Assembly: GCA_035479215.1 (NCBI GenBank) | Contig: DATIIZ010000030.1 | Span: 1 to 46,213 of the forward strand | Direction: 5' to 3' | From: Candidatus Babeliales bacterium | GTDB lineage: Bacteria > Patescibacteriota > Saccharimonadia > Saccharimonadales > UBA10212 | Length of the DNA stretch: 46,213 bases | Part shown: piece after piece, positions 33,571-44,003 of the stretch | How the letters are laid out: each line of letters begins with the position of its first letter | Position numbering within the stretch: position 1 is the stretch's first letter | The notes under the pieces: model-generated | The model's input: only the letters and a program-made list of their open reading frames with translations | What the model was told of the DNA's origin: nothing | Database searches by the model: none | Translations under genes and position numbers: made by a program

Positions 33571-36500
33571 TGCAAAATTCCTTACACAGAATTATTAATA
33601 TCCATCATTTTCTGGTAATTTTTGCCATAGCGTTATTAAGCTTATTGACTATATCTATATTCGGCTTGCCAAAAAAAGCTTTTGCGGCTGTTCCTCAGAT
33701 TAGCAATGTTGCTCCAGTTGATGGTTCGGGCTGTGTAACAGGTAGTAACTGTGGTACGTCTACTCACCCCTGGTTTGCTGTAGGCACAGGTGGATACGAC
33801 GGAAAATTTTCCTATGCCAAGATATATGTGCCTTCGGGCCAAAGTACCACCCTAACCGTTCATCAAGGTTATGGAGTTTGTGCGGTAGATCTTGGGAGTC
33901 CGAAAGTTAACTATCGGTTATATCTTTTAGGTCCTGATGAGGGGATGGGTGGATCTCAACCACCACTTCCTTTCCAACCGAGTAATACTGATAGGTCGTG
34001 CGGAACTGATATGGTCTTTAACTCTGGTAATAACAGCCTATTAAAGTGTAACGCGAAAGATACTTCAACAGTATTTGCACATAGTGACTTTTGCGTCTTT
34101 TATTTTAAAGCGACAATTACTCCTATGCCGGGTGCAAATGAAAAAAACTTCAGGCTAAGAGTGGATAGCGGCAGTTATGTTGGTGTATCAAAACCAGTGG
34201 AGGACTTAGGAACATCACCTTGGTTTGGGATTTATCAACACGACCTACCTTCTGCCTATGGAGGGGCATCTAACTGGAACTGGAGTGTGCAGTATGGACC
34301 AACATGCTTGGAAGATCCACAAGTTACAAATAGATACGTATTTATATATGACATTGATTGGCAGAAATACAATCAGCCGGTCTTGAGGGCATTTATCCAA
34401 AAAGATGCCAGGGATGACAATACCTTTAACTGGCAAGCGGCTAACTACACAACTAATGGTAATGTCGTCCGTCAGAATGCACCTTCGCCGTTTGATGAAA
34501 GCGTAACCTCAGGCAGTGGTTATGTGCCTAGCCCTAATGACAGTACGTTCGGTCCGGCCAGGGGTTATGACCATAACCCCATCAACTTTAATTCTGGAAG
34601 CCACCGTCGGGATGACCTGGCGTTCAACTCGGTCGGGACCAACCGGTACAGGTTATTCTTTCAGGACATCAATTACATTAATACGATTCAGGTAAGGTTA
34701 CCCTTTGACCAAATCGACGGTACATCATTAATCGATTGTGCTTCTCAGAATAACGGTGGTGGTGGCAAGGCGCCTACATATGGAGCATTATGTAAAGTCT
34801 CTGCAAGCGGCCAAGCATACTCGTCGCAGGTAACAGTTGGCAATCTATCGCCCAACCAAAACGTGAATGCATCATACAAGGTCACAAACAACGGCACGAA
34901 TCTCACTTGGGATACTTCTAATGTCGAGATTGTCAAAACAGTTACTAACAACGGCGTACCGGACCCCGCCCAAACTCAGGTAGGGACTATATCTACCAAC
35001 GGTGGGGTCTCAAGCCTAGCGCCTAATGACACACTTTCATTTAGCAGGACACACACGGCCCCCTCGGCTGTCCCTGGAACCAAGGTAATTACATATACTA
35101 TGCGGCGAACGGACACGGGTGCCAGTTTTGGGACACCTTGTAAACTGACATTAAAAGTTGCTCAAGGGGCCTGTAGTGGTACGTGTGTAAGTGGCTCAAT
35201 TGCCGCCGCATGTGGGAGCACTGAGATTACAGGAGTTAAATCATCGGCAAAATATTTAGATATTAAGACAGGTTCGATCAGAACAATACCAGACGTTCCC
35301 GTTAAAATAGTGATAGAAGTACTAACCGGGCCCGGGGCCGGAACTACAAATGACTTTATTGTCCAAGGCGGGGTCCCTAATGCTTCTGCTGATGTCGGCG
35401 GTAATGGGTATCTGAAAATTAATAATACATTTGGAATGTGGGGCGGCATGTGGCCGCATGGTACCTATAGATTACATTTGTTCGTCCAATATACAGATCC
35501 TAATAGCTTCACATCCAACTCATATGGTACCCAGTTCAATAACAATTCCTGGACTGATGGCGGAGGCGTAACATTCTTTAATCCGAATGAAACGGATACT
35601 TCGGATGTTGGTGATTGCTTACATACAGATTGTGGTACGACAACGGTACCGGATGTAGAACCAGGCGAGACAACCAAACTTAATGCCGGAGTAATTTTCC
35701 ATAACCAAACTGAAACATCATATGATACCAACTCTACAGGTGGCTATTATTTCCATATTGATATCCAACCTGGTATTTTCGGTAATTCGGTTGATCCTGC
35801 TCTGACGGATCCCCCAAACAGTAAGATCTTACCCGGTGACCCTACGGTAAGCGCTAGTTTTAATGGCAGGGTAGATTACAGGGGAAAGTATTCCGTAACT
35901 CTGTATTTCCAGGGTAAACCCCTAGACATAAGTTCAAATGGATCAGGACCGACCTGTACTTCGCCGAATATTACGCCGGCAACCCGTCCCTACTTACAGG
36001 TTTGGGGCGGTGATATAAACACCGGAGGAGGGTTCTTTAAACAAGATGCAGTCGATGGTTCATATTATTGCCCAGGTACATATCCGGATTATGTCAGCCC
36101 GCCGTCGGCGGCTTCCGCCGGTAAGAATATACCGGCTAACTTCGGAGGCATTAAGACCTATGGGGCGGGTAATGGAACTTATGGTTCGTTGACTGATTTT
36201 GGCGCCGTGGCCCTGGGGCTGATCGCTAAGAAGCCCCTGAATGCCAGTAATGACCCCCCGAGGATAAATTTTGGGGCTCAACCGACCTTTGCAAATGTCT
36301 CCAGCCCATACTATGGTCAGCTTAACGCTACACAGGACTACTGCGCACCTGACTTCTATGATCAATACAAGAAGAATCCTGCACCTTTGGCGATAGCTCC
36401 GCCAACGAGCCTCTCGGACCTAGTCGGGTCAATTACCGGCCAATATGAGGTTACCCAGGACGTACCTAATTTTGCCGGCACCGGTCAAATCATAGTACCA

Positions 36501-36968
36501 ACCGGTACCAAGGTAACACTCTATGTTACGGGAAATGTAACTATAAATAATAATATTATTTATGACAGCAGCTGGAATGTTGACGATCCTGACACTGCGC
36601 CCTCATTCACTTTAGTGGTTAAAGGTAATATTAATATTTCCAAGAACGTCACCAGGGTGGACGGGCTGTATGTTGCACAGCCTACCAACGGGAACGATGG
36701 GGAATTAAATACTTGCGCTACTAATGATGGCAACCAGTTCTGTAGCAGCCAATTAGTCATGAACGGCGCTGTAGTGGCCAGGAGAATCTTGCCTCTACGG
36801 TCTTCTGGAACTGTCTATCCACTCGCCAATCCTGCATTTAACCCACCTCCTGGCCATCAAGCCGCAGAAATATTCAACTTTGTACCTTCTATGGTGGTTA
36901 GTAACCCTAACTTTGCTCCAATAAATAATCCTAACCAGGGATTCTTTAGCCTACCGCCAGTATTTTAA
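33570..36968 (+). CDS. large secreted Cys-containing surface protein (1132 aa), possible CARDB/Ig-like segment
   Basis: The signal peptide ends at KKAFA|AV. The body is rich in N/T/G/S. VGNLSPNQNVNASYKVTNNGTN resembles a CARDB-type strand pattern (tentative). Confidence 0.7.
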   Translation: MQNSLHRIINIHHFLVIFAIALLSLLTISIFGLPKKAFAAVPQISNVAPVDGSGCVTGSNCGTSTHPWFAVGTGGYDGKFSYAKIYVPSGQSTTLTVHQGYGVCAVDLGSPKVNYRLYLLGPDEGMGGSQPPLPFQPSNTDRSCGTDMVFNSGNNSLLKCNAKDTSTVFAHSDFCVFYFKATITPMPGANEKNFRLRVDSGSYVGVSKPVEDLGTSPWFGIYQHDLPSAYGGASNWNWSVQYGPTCLEDPQVTNRYVFIYDIDWQKYNQPVLRAFIQKDARDDNTFNWQAANYTTNGNVVRQNAPSPFDESVTSGSGYVPSPNDSTFGPARGYDHNPINFNSGSHRRDDLAFNSVGTNRYRLFFQDINYINTIQVRLPFDQIDGTSLIDCASQNNGGGGKAPTYGALCKVSASGQAYSSQVTVGNLSPNQNVNASYKVTNNGTNLTWDTSNVEIVKTVTNNGVPDPAQTQVGTISTNGGVSSLAPNDTLSFSRTHTAPSAVPGTKVITYTMRRTDTGASFGTPCKLTLKVAQGACSGTCVSGSIAAACGSTEITGVKSSAKYLDIKTGSIRTIPDVPVKIVIEVLTGPGAGTTNDFIVQGGVPNASADVGGNGYLKINNTFGMWGGMWPHGTYRLHLFVQYTDPNSFTSNSYGTQFNNNSWTDGGGVTFFNPNETDTSDVGDCLHTDCGTTTVPDVEPGETTKLNAGVIFHNQTETSYDTNSTGGYYFHIDIQPGIFGNSVDPALTDPPNSKILPGDPTVSASFNGRVDYRGKYSVTLYFQGKPLDISSNGSGPTCTSPNITPATRPYLQVWGGDINTGGGFFKQDAVDGSYYCPGTYPDYVSPPSAASAGKNIPANFGGIKTYGAGNGTYGSLTDFGAVALGLIAKKPLNASNDPPRINFGAQPTFANVSSPYYGQLNATQDYCAPDFYDQYKKNPAPLAIAPPTSLSDLVGSITGQYEVTQDVPNFAGTGQIIVPTGTKVTLYVTGNVTINNNIIYDSSWNVDDPDTAPSFTLVVKGNINISKNVTRVDGLYVAQPTNGNDGELNTCATNDGNQFCSSQLVMNGAVVARRILPLRSSGTVYPLANPAFNPPPGHQAAEIFNFVPSMVVSNPNFAPINNPNQGFFSLPPVF

Positions 36969-36992
36969 AATGGGTTTACCAGATAGTTCTTA

Positions 36993-37001
36993 TGCTATAA
37001 T
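36993..37001 (+). promoter_or_regulatory. extended -10 promoter (TGcTATAAT) upstream of pilM
   Basis: Motif seen directly. Unlike most others it leaves a 37-nt leader. Confidence 0.5.
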
Positions 37002-37038
37002 CAAGGCAATTGGATATTAAGAAAAGAATGAAATAAAC

Positions 37039-38079
37039 ATGGATATACTGAGTGGGGTATCAGAATTTTTCGGTCTAGACATCGGCACAACCTCTATTAG
37101 AGTAGTGCAGCTTAGAGGCGGTGGGCCGATCAAAGCGCTTGATCGCTATGGCTCTATGCCCGTAGATGGCAATATTTCAGTTAGTGACTCAAAGGCCGAT
37201 CAAACTAAAGTAGCCCAAGCTGTAGCCCAGCTTGTTAAACAAGTCGGAATAACAACCAGGAATGTGGCAGTTGGGGTGCCATCGAACAAAGTCTTTACCA
37301 CTGTTGTTGATATGGAAAAGTTGTCCCAATCAGAACTTGCAAAGACAATACGCTACCAGGCGGACTCTTTCATCCCAACTCCCCTAGCGGAATCCAAGAT
37401 TGACTGGGCTCTTTTGGGTGACTCGCCAAAAGATTCCTCCAAGTCAGAGGTACTGTTATCTAGTGTGAGTAATTCTTACGTCGAAGGAAAACTGGATATG
37501 ATGGAGAGCATAGGGTTCAATGTCATAGCCTTCGAACCCGATACTTTTGCGGTTATGAGATCAATAATCGCTCCAGACGCAACAGTACCCCAGATGGTAT
37601 TGGATGTTGGAGCGCGTTCTACTGACCTGGTAATTGCTCTAAACGGTGCGCCAAGACTAACACGCTCAATACCGGTCGGCTCCGAAGCAATCATCCGCTC
37701 GGCCATTGCCGGTCTGGGGGTCGATGCCGCCCAAGCCACCCAGTTTGTCTATAAATTCGGTCTAAGCAAAGATAAATTAGAAGGCCGGGTTCATGGAGCA
37801 ATTATCGGCGTGGTAGATAATCTCATTTCTGAAGTCGAAAAGTCTATCAAGTTCTTTCAATCCCGCTATCCGACACTTAAACTAGAACGAATCATAGTGA
37901 CTGGCGGAGCCTCTACATTACCGGAATTCCCGCTCTATGTTGCGAACAGATTCGGCGTCAATGTCGAAATAGGCAACGCCTGGCGGAATGTATCATTCCC
38001 GGCCAGCCGCCAGAATGAACTTATGAGCATTTCGAATCACTTCTCAGTAGCCTGCGGTTTAGCGGAGAGGCAAGCATGA
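37039..38079 (+). CDS. pilM: type IV pilus assembly protein PilM (actin-like ATPase fold)
   Basis: FGLDIGTTSIRVVQL phosphate-1 motif, IIVTGGAS; followed by pilN and pilO. Confidence 0.85.
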   Translation: MDILSGVSEFFGLDIGTTSIRVVQLRGGGPIKALDRYGSMPVDGNISVSDSKADQTKVAQAVAQLVKQVGITTRNVAVGVPSNKVFTTVVDMEKLSQSELAKTIRYQADSFIPTPLAESKIDWALLGDSPKDSSKSEVLLSSVSNSYVEGKLDMMESIGFNVIAFEPDTFAVMRSIIAPDATVPQMVLDVGARSTDLVIALNGAPRLTRSIPVGSEAIIRSAIAGLGVDAAQATQFVYKFGLSKDKLEGRVHGAIIGVVDNLISEVEKSIKFFQSRYPTLKLERIIVTGGASTLPEFPLYVANRFGVNVEIGNAWRNVSFPASRQNELMSISNHFSVACGLAERQA

Positions 38080-38807
38080 GTTTTGTGCAGTTCAATTTAT
38101 TACCCGATGTTAAGCTGGAATTCAACCGGGCCGAGCACGCTAAAAAAGTAGTATACACACTGTCTGCTCTGGTAACTGGAATAGCCTTAGCAGTTTTAAT
38201 TATAAGTTTCTTTACTGTGGGGATACTGCAGAAAAAACTATTAAATGATGCCAATAGTGACATTAATAAGTACAGCAAACAATTAAAATCTGTTCCAGAC
38301 CTCGATAAAGTATTAACAATCCAAAACCAACTAACCTCTTTACCTGCACTGCATAGCCAGAAACATATTACTTCGAGAATATATGGCTATTTACCTCAAA
38401 TCACACCGGTCCAGGCCCACATTGGCCAAATTACATTAGATATGAATGCCAATACGATAACTTTAAATGGCCAGGCGGATAGTGTTAAAACCGTTAATGC
38501 TTTCGTCGATACTTTGAAATTCACTAATTATGCTATCGGTAGTTCGCAACCGGACACAGACACAAGGGATAGCCAAAAGCCGGCTTTTTCAAATGTCGTT
38601 TTAACCAGCGTTGCTCGTAGTGATAAGGGTGCGAACTATACGATAAGTGCAAACTTTGACCCCGCCTTATTTGATGGCTCACAGAGTGTAACTCTCGTGG
38701 TACCAAACCAAGTTACAACTCGCTCAGTTATTAATACGCCTGACATCAATAACCTTTTATTCAATGGGGAGACAGATAAGTCGTCAAACCAACAAGGAGG
38801 GCAATAA
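38076..38807 (+). CDS. pilN: PilN-like pilus assembly protein
   Basis: N-terminal FNLLP motif followed by one TM; overlaps the pilM stop. Confidence 0.72.
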   Translation: MSFVQFNLLPDVKLEFNRAEHAKKVVYTLSALVTGIALAVLIISFFTVGILQKKLLNDANSDINKYSKQLKSVPDLDKVLTIQNQLTSLPALHSQKHITSRIYGYLPQITPVQAHIGQITLDMNANTITLNGQADSVKTVNAFVDTLKFTNYAIGSSQPDTDTRDSQKPAFSNVVLTSVARSDKGANYTISANFDPALFDGSQSVTLVVPNQVTTRSVINTPDINNLLFNGETDKSSNQQGGQ

Positions 38808-39481
38808 TGGCCCAGAAAAAAACATCTATTAAGCATATTCAAATAGATAAGAGTCAGACCTCGATACTGATAGTGATAGCTTTGGCGACAGCTGTAACAA
38901 TCTTCTGCCTATTTGGAACAAAAGCACTGATTTCAAAGGGACTCTACCAGCGTCGAGCGCTGCATGCCCGGCGGGAGGCCGTGGACCAGCTTAAATCGAA
39001 CTACGAATCAGCGAAAAAACTGTTTAATCAATATAAAGTATTCGCTGATGCAGACCCGAATGTCTTGGGTGGTTCCAAATCAGGTAGCGCTAACAATGAT
39101 GGCAACAACTCACGAATCGTCCTTGACTCACTTCCGAGTAAATATGACGCTCCAGCTTTGGCGACCAGCCTAGAGAAAATAATGACTATGCAGAATGTCA
39201 CCATCAGCTCGCTAAATATAACTGATGATCCCGCTGGTAATTCCGATCAAGCACAAGCTAGTCCGCAACCAAAGGTAATAGCCTTTTCTTTTGCCGCCGG
39301 TACAAACTTAAATGGAGCCGTGCAGTTGTTACAGAAGTTCGAGCAGTCAATACGACCATTTGATATTTATAATATTCAAATCTCGGGGTCGGATAACGCA
39401 ATGACCTTAACTGCCCAAGCCAATACTTATTTCCAGCCTGCTAAAAACCTCGACTTGAGCGCGACTAAGGAGGTTAAGTAA
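38807..39481 (+). CDS. pilO: PilO-like pilus assembly protein
   Basis: Position, a single TM and a coiled coil; the start overlaps the pilN stop. Confidence 0.55.
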   Translation: MAQKKTSIKHIQIDKSQTSILIVIALATAVTIFCLFGTKALISKGLYQRRALHARREAVDQLKSNYESAKKLFNQYKVFADADPNVLGGSKSGSANNDGNNSRIVLDSLPSKYDAPALATSLEKIMTMQNVTISSLNITDDPAGNSDQAQASPQPKVIAFSFAAGTNLNGAVQLLQKFEQSIRPFDIYNIQISGSDNAMTLTAQANTYFQPAKNLDLSATKEVK

Positions 39482-39483
39482 CG

Positions 39484-39747
39484 ATGAAGCGAAAAGAATG
39501 GCTAGTGATAATTGCCGTTGGCGGAATAAGCGCATTAATATCGATATTAATATCCGGTGCACTTTTTGGCTCGCCCAAAAAGAACCCCATAAAGGTTCCG
39601 GTCGTTCAAAAAATCAGTGCGGATTTTCCATTGCCGCAGACTGATGAGAACTACCAGAAGTTCTTTAATAGTAAGGCTTTTGATCCAACCCAGCTTATTC
39701 AAATTGGGAACAGTAACAATACCGAGCCTTTCCAGACGGAGCGGTAA
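39484..39747 (+). CDS. small single-TM protein in the pilus operon
   Basis: 87 aa with TM LVIIAVGGISALISILISGALF; called from position only. Confidence 0.5.
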   Translation: MKRKEWLVIIAVGGISALISILISGALFGSPKKNPIKVPVVQKISADFPLPQTDENYQKFFNSKAFDPTQLIQIGNSNNTEPFQTER

Positions 39748-39758
39748 ACGAAGGTTAA

Positions 39759-41576
39759 ATGAGTGTTCTACTCTCGGAAAATACACAGCACCAGATTGAG
39801 GAAGAGCTTCTTAAAGAGAAGCTGATTACTGAAGAAGAGTTAGAGTTATTTAAGGCCCAAGCAAAAAAAGCTAGCCTGCCGCTTTTTAGCATACTTATTA
39901 AAGAGGGAGCGATAACTGACGAGGAATTTACTAGGGCGAGTGCTCTTATAAATAAGATCCCTTATGTAAATCTGACCCAGGCTCCACCAATTTCACAAAA
40001 TATATTGGATTTATTAAGTAAGGAAACAGCCAATTATTACATGGCTATCCCCCTTGGTACCATGGGGGACATGCTCGTGGTAGCTATGCTTGATGCAGCC
40101 AATGTCCAAGCGGTCGATTTCTTGAGCGAAAAAATCGGAAAACGGCTTAAAGTTTATGCCGCCAGTGAATCGGGAATTAGGCGGATGCTCAAACAGTATG
40201 ATCGCAATATCCAAAAGGGGATCAGCTCGATGCTATCCGGTGTAGATGAACTTGAAAAAGAGAAGGATAAAGAAAAAGGCCAAGATAAACCAAAAGGCGA
40301 GGTGAAACCTGGCGATAAAAAAGTTCAAGTCATAGTAGAAGACTCGCCAATCAGTAAAGCGCTTTCGGCAATTATGGAATATGCGGCCAAAAACAGAGCC
40401 AGCGATATCCATATCGAACCATTAGAAAAAGAACTCAGAATTCGCGTTAGAATTGATGGTGTTTTGCGAGAAATAATGAAACTGCCCAAAAGCACCGAAC
40501 CGGCGATCATCAGTCGTGTCAAGATTCTATCCAATCTGAAGATTGATGAGCATCGGACTCCACAGGACGGTCAATTCAGTATCAAAGTGGAAGATATGAT
40601 AATCGACCTACGTATTGCCATCAGTCCGACTGTATGGGGTGAGCAGGTAATTATTAGGCTTTTGGATAAGACTGGGACCAGCCTACAGCTGGAAGCCATG
40701 GGCTATACCGGCCGGGCTCTGAGGACTATCCGACAGGGGTTAAAACAGCCCTACGGAATGATTTTAACTTCTGGCCCGACTGGGTCAGGCAAGTCTACCA
40801 GTATGTACGCCATGATCCAGGAGATAATAAGTGATTCTATTAATATCGTTACTCTTGAAGACCCGGTTGAATATAAGATTGATGGCGTGAACCAAATCCA
40901 AGTCAATCCGGATGTCGGCCTGACTTTCGCCACAGGTTTAAGGTCTATTCTCCGCCAAGACCCAAATGTAATCATGATAGGAGAAATCCGAGATAAGGAA
41001 ACTGCTAATTTGGCGGTTCAGGCTGCACTTACCGGCCACTTGGTATTTTCCACCCTACATACAAATAGTGCCGCCGGAATTTTGCCGCGGCTGCTAGATA
41101 TGGAAATCGAACCCTTCTTGATTGCTTCCACTGTCCATACTGTTATCGGCCAAAGATTAGTCCGCAGGCTAGTCCCAGAAGGTGAATCCTACCGCTCAAA
41201 TAAGGTTGAAACCGAAGCAATCCACAGTATAGTTGGCGGGTTATTGCCCAAGAACGCGCCAGAAACAACCAAAGTAGCAAACGACCTAGGCTATAAGACC
41301 TTGCCTCTGGCTACCCAAAACGCTTATACTTTGCTTAAGGGTAAAGTTACACCCGACAATCCATCAGGTTACTCTGGTCGAATGGGTTTGTACGAAGTTT
41401 TTGAAGTAACTGAAGCTATTCAGGAGTTGGTCATCAAACATGCAACCAGCTCTGTTATACAGAAGAAAGCTCAGGAACAGGGTATGGTAACCATGCGCCA
41501 GGATGGATATTTAAAATCGCTAGCTGGGTTAACTACTTTGCTAGAAGTTGATAGAGTAGCATCCTCGGATGCTTAA
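39759..41576 (+). CDS. pilB: type IV pilus assembly ATPase PilB (GspE family)
   Basis: An N-terminal GspE-N-like domain, Walker A SGPTGSGKST and the Asp/His boxes (LRQDPNVIMIGEIRD, TGHLVFSTLHTN). Confidence 0.92.
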   Translation: MSVLLSENTQHQIEEELLKEKLITEEELELFKAQAKKASLPLFSILIKEGAITDEEFTRASALINKIPYVNLTQAPPISQNILDLLSKETANYYMAIPLGTMGDMLVVAMLDAANVQAVDFLSEKIGKRLKVYAASESGIRRMLKQYDRNIQKGISSMLSGVDELEKEKDKEKGQDKPKGEVKPGDKKVQVIVEDSPISKALSAIMEYAAKNRASDIHIEPLEKELRIRVRIDGVLREIMKLPKSTEPAIISRVKILSNLKIDEHRTPQDGQFSIKVEDMIIDLRIAISPTVWGEQVIIRLLDKTGTSLQLEAMGYTGRALRTIRQGLKQPYGMILTSGPTGSGKSTSMYAMIQEIISDSINIVTLEDPVEYKIDGVNQIQVNPDVGLTFATGLRSILRQDPNVIMIGEIRDKETANLAVQAALTGHLVFSTLHTNSAAGILPRLLDMEIEPFLIASTVHTVIGQRLVRRLVPEGESYRSNKVETEAIHSIVGGLLPKNAPETTKVANDLGYKTLPLATQNAYTLLKGKVTPDNPSGYSGRMGLYEVFEVTEAIQELVIKHATSSVIQKKAQEQGMVTMRQDGYLKSLAGLTTLLEVDRVASSDA

Positions 41577-41602
41577 AATAAGGGCACCAATAAGGGTAAA
41601 AA

Positions 41603-42694
41603 ATGCAACCATCACAAAATAAAACTCAAAGCTCGCAAACTCCTAAAATCGAACTTCTGCTCGAAGAAGTCGTGAAGAAAGACGCTTCGGACCTTCATCT
41701 GCAAGTCGGCATGCCGCCCATGCTTAGGATAGATGGCGGTTTGATTGCCCACGGCCAGACACCTTTAGATGAGAAAGCTCTTGAAGAACTTGTATTTAGC
41801 TTGCTAGACCAAGACCAGAAGCAAGTATTACTGCGTGATAAGGAATTTGACTTCAGTTTTGCTTTTGGCGATTTAGGCCGTTTCCGGGTTAATGCTTTCC
41901 ATGAACGTGGAAACTTGGCAGCTGCCCTGCGTTTAATCCCTAACCAGATACGGACAGTTGAAGACCTTGGCCTACCGCCAGTGGTTAATAAGTTTACTGA
42001 GTATCCCAGAGGATTAGTATTAGTTACCGGGCCGACTGGTTCGGGTAAATCTACATCGCTTGCTGCAATGGTAGATAAGATCAACCGGGAGCAAGCCAGG
42101 CATATTATTACTGTAGAAGACCCGATTGAATACACACATAAATCTAAAAGATCCTTAGTCGTACAACGTGAAGTGCACTATGACACCTTCAGCTTCTCCG
42201 CCGCACTGCGCTCGGCCTTGCGCGAAGACCCGGACGTCGTCCTAATCGGAGAAATGCGCGACCTGGAAACCATTGCCGCAGCTATTACCATAGCCGAAAC
42301 CGGCCACCTCGTCCTAGCTACCTTGCACACCAACAGTGCTAGCCAAAGTGTCGACCGTATGATAGATGTTTTCCCGCCTCACCAGCAGCCGCAGGTTAGG
42401 GCACAGCTTGGGAACATGCTAATGGCCATTGCCTCGCAACGTTTAATACCAAAACTTGGTGGCGGCAGGGTAGCAGCCGCCGAGATACTCGTCGCAACCC
42501 CGGCTGTACGTAATATCATCCGTGAAGGAAAAAGCTACCAGCTGGAGGCTGTCATCCAGACGGGGGCTGAATACGGCATGCAAAGCATGGATCGGACTCT
42601 TGTAAACCTGATTCACACCGGTATTATCAGCTACGACGAAGCCAGAAATTACGCAGTCGATATGGAAGAGCTTGACCGTCTGATGAGGAGCTAG
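41603..42694 (+). CDS. pilT: twitching-motility retraction ATPase PilT
   Basis: 363 aa with GPTGSGKSTS, LREDPDVVLIGEMRD, TGHLVLATLHTN and AVRNIIREGK. Confidence 0.92.
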   Translation: MQPSQNKTQSSQTPKIELLLEEVVKKDASDLHLQVGMPPMLRIDGGLIAHGQTPLDEKALEELVFSLLDQDQKQVLLRDKEFDFSFAFGDLGRFRVNAFHERGNLAAALRLIPNQIRTVEDLGLPPVVNKFTEYPRGLVLVTGPTGSGKSTSLAAMVDKINREQARHIITVEDPIEYTHKSKRSLVVQREVHYDTFSFSAALRSALREDPDVVLIGEMRDLETIAAAITIAETGHLVLATLHTNSASQSVDRMIDVFPPHQQPQVRAQLGNMLMAIASQRLIPKLGGGRVAAAEILVATPAVRNIIREGKSYQLEAVIQTGAEYGMQSMDRTLVNLIHTGIISYDEARNYAVDMEELDRLMRS

Positions 42695-42699
42695 TACAG

Positions 42700-43914
42700 A
42701 TGTTGACATATCAATTTATCGCCCGCGACCCGGCATCCGGCCAGAGGATTACTTCGCAAGTCCAAGCTGAAAACGAAAAAGCAGCCGCCAAAGCGATTAA
42801 AGAACAAGGTTATGCACCGCTTGAGATTACATTAGCCGGAGGTGAAGGCAGGTTCGGAAATCTGCTAAAACACATTAAGACAAAAGACAAGGTAATATTC
42901 TCACGCCAACTTTCCACCCTTATAAATGCCGGCTTACCTCTAGTACAGGCCCTTCGTATAGTTGAAGGACAAATTAATAACCAATCGTTCAAGATTGTGA
43001 TTCAAAAAGTGATTGCGGATGTAGAGGCCGGTTCGGCTTTCAACGTTGCTTTGGCAGCCTACCCCAAGGTGTTTAACCGTGTATTTACTAGCTTAGTGGA
43101 AGCTGGCGAAGCCTCAGGCACGCTGGACAAAGCGCTGGAGCGCCTGGCTAATCAGCAGGAAAAAGATGCCGAAATCATATCCAAAGTCCGTGGCGCATTG
43201 ATATACCCACTTATAGTCATACTGGTCATGATAGCTGTGGTAACTTTTATGGTTGTCTCAGTTTTGCCGCACGTTCAAGAAGTTTACACAGGAATTCCGG
43301 GCGCCAAACTTCCCCTCATTACTGTCTTCCTGCTGTTCATATCCCATATTATCAGTCATTTTTGGTGGCTGCTCATCATCTTATTAATTGTTGGAGTTTT
43401 CTTGACAACTCGCTGGGCAAGATCGGGACCTGGTAAAGAGGTTGTGGATAAGTTAAAGATGAGGGCCTGGCCGATTGATAGACTTTTTATGAAGGTTTAT
43501 ATGGCCAGAATCGCCCGTACTGGCGAGACCCTAGTAGCCAGCGGAGTACCACTATTGCAAGTAATGAACATAATTGCTGAGGCTGTGAATAATGTTCACA
43601 TCAGCCGGTCTTTGGCCGCTGCGGCAGAAAAAGTTAAGGGCGGTAAAGCCCTTTCCGAAGCCCTGGAAGGCGACCCTAACTTCTTAGAATTGCTGCCTAA
43701 TATGATCAAGGTCGGTGAACAATCAGGCTCGCTAGAGAATATGCTTGGCAAGACAGCCGACTATTATGAAAAGGAAGTCGATAATGAAATAAAGGCCGTA
43801 TCGACTATTATCGAACCGGTTTTAATGATAATGCTGGGCATCTTCGCTTTAATAATTGTGGCGGCCGTATTATTGCCGATTTACGGTTTGGCAGGCAAGA
43901 TAAATGTCCGCTAA
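42700..43914 (+). CDS. pilC: type IV pilus platform protein PilC (GspF family)
   Basis: Two GspF repeats with three TM regions; 404 aa. Confidence 0.9.
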   Translation: MLTYQFIARDPASGQRITSQVQAENEKAAAKAIKEQGYAPLEITLAGGEGRFGNLLKHIKTKDKVIFSRQLSTLINAGLPLVQALRIVEGQINNQSFKIVIQKVIADVEAGSAFNVALAAYPKVFNRVFTSLVEAGEASGTLDKALERLANQQEKDAEIISKVRGALIYPLIVILVMIAVVTFMVVSVLPHVQEVYTGIPGAKLPLITVFLLFISHIISHFWWLLIILLIVGVFLTTRWARSGPGKEVVDKLKMRAWPIDRLFMKVYMARIARTGETLVASGVPLLQVMNIIAEAVNNVHISRSLAAAAEKVKGGKALSEALEGDPNFLELLPNMIKVGEQSGSLENMLGKTADYYEKEVDNEIKAVSTIIEPVLMIMLGIFALIIVAAVLLPIYGLAGKINVR

Positions 43915-44003
43915 TCGCTATTGCTTTTTTCTCATTATAAGTCTATCATCGGCGTATAAGCATAACCATAATAACATTTGCAAAGGGGGCATTTGCTTAG
44001 ACC

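Noticed and set aside
42680-42687. CTGATGAG at the end of pilT, and another at 32902-32909 in ORF D
   Set aside because: Both lie inside coding sequence. No downstream C-GAAA pairs back to form helix II with a G10.1-C11.1 pair, and there is no helix I or helix III.
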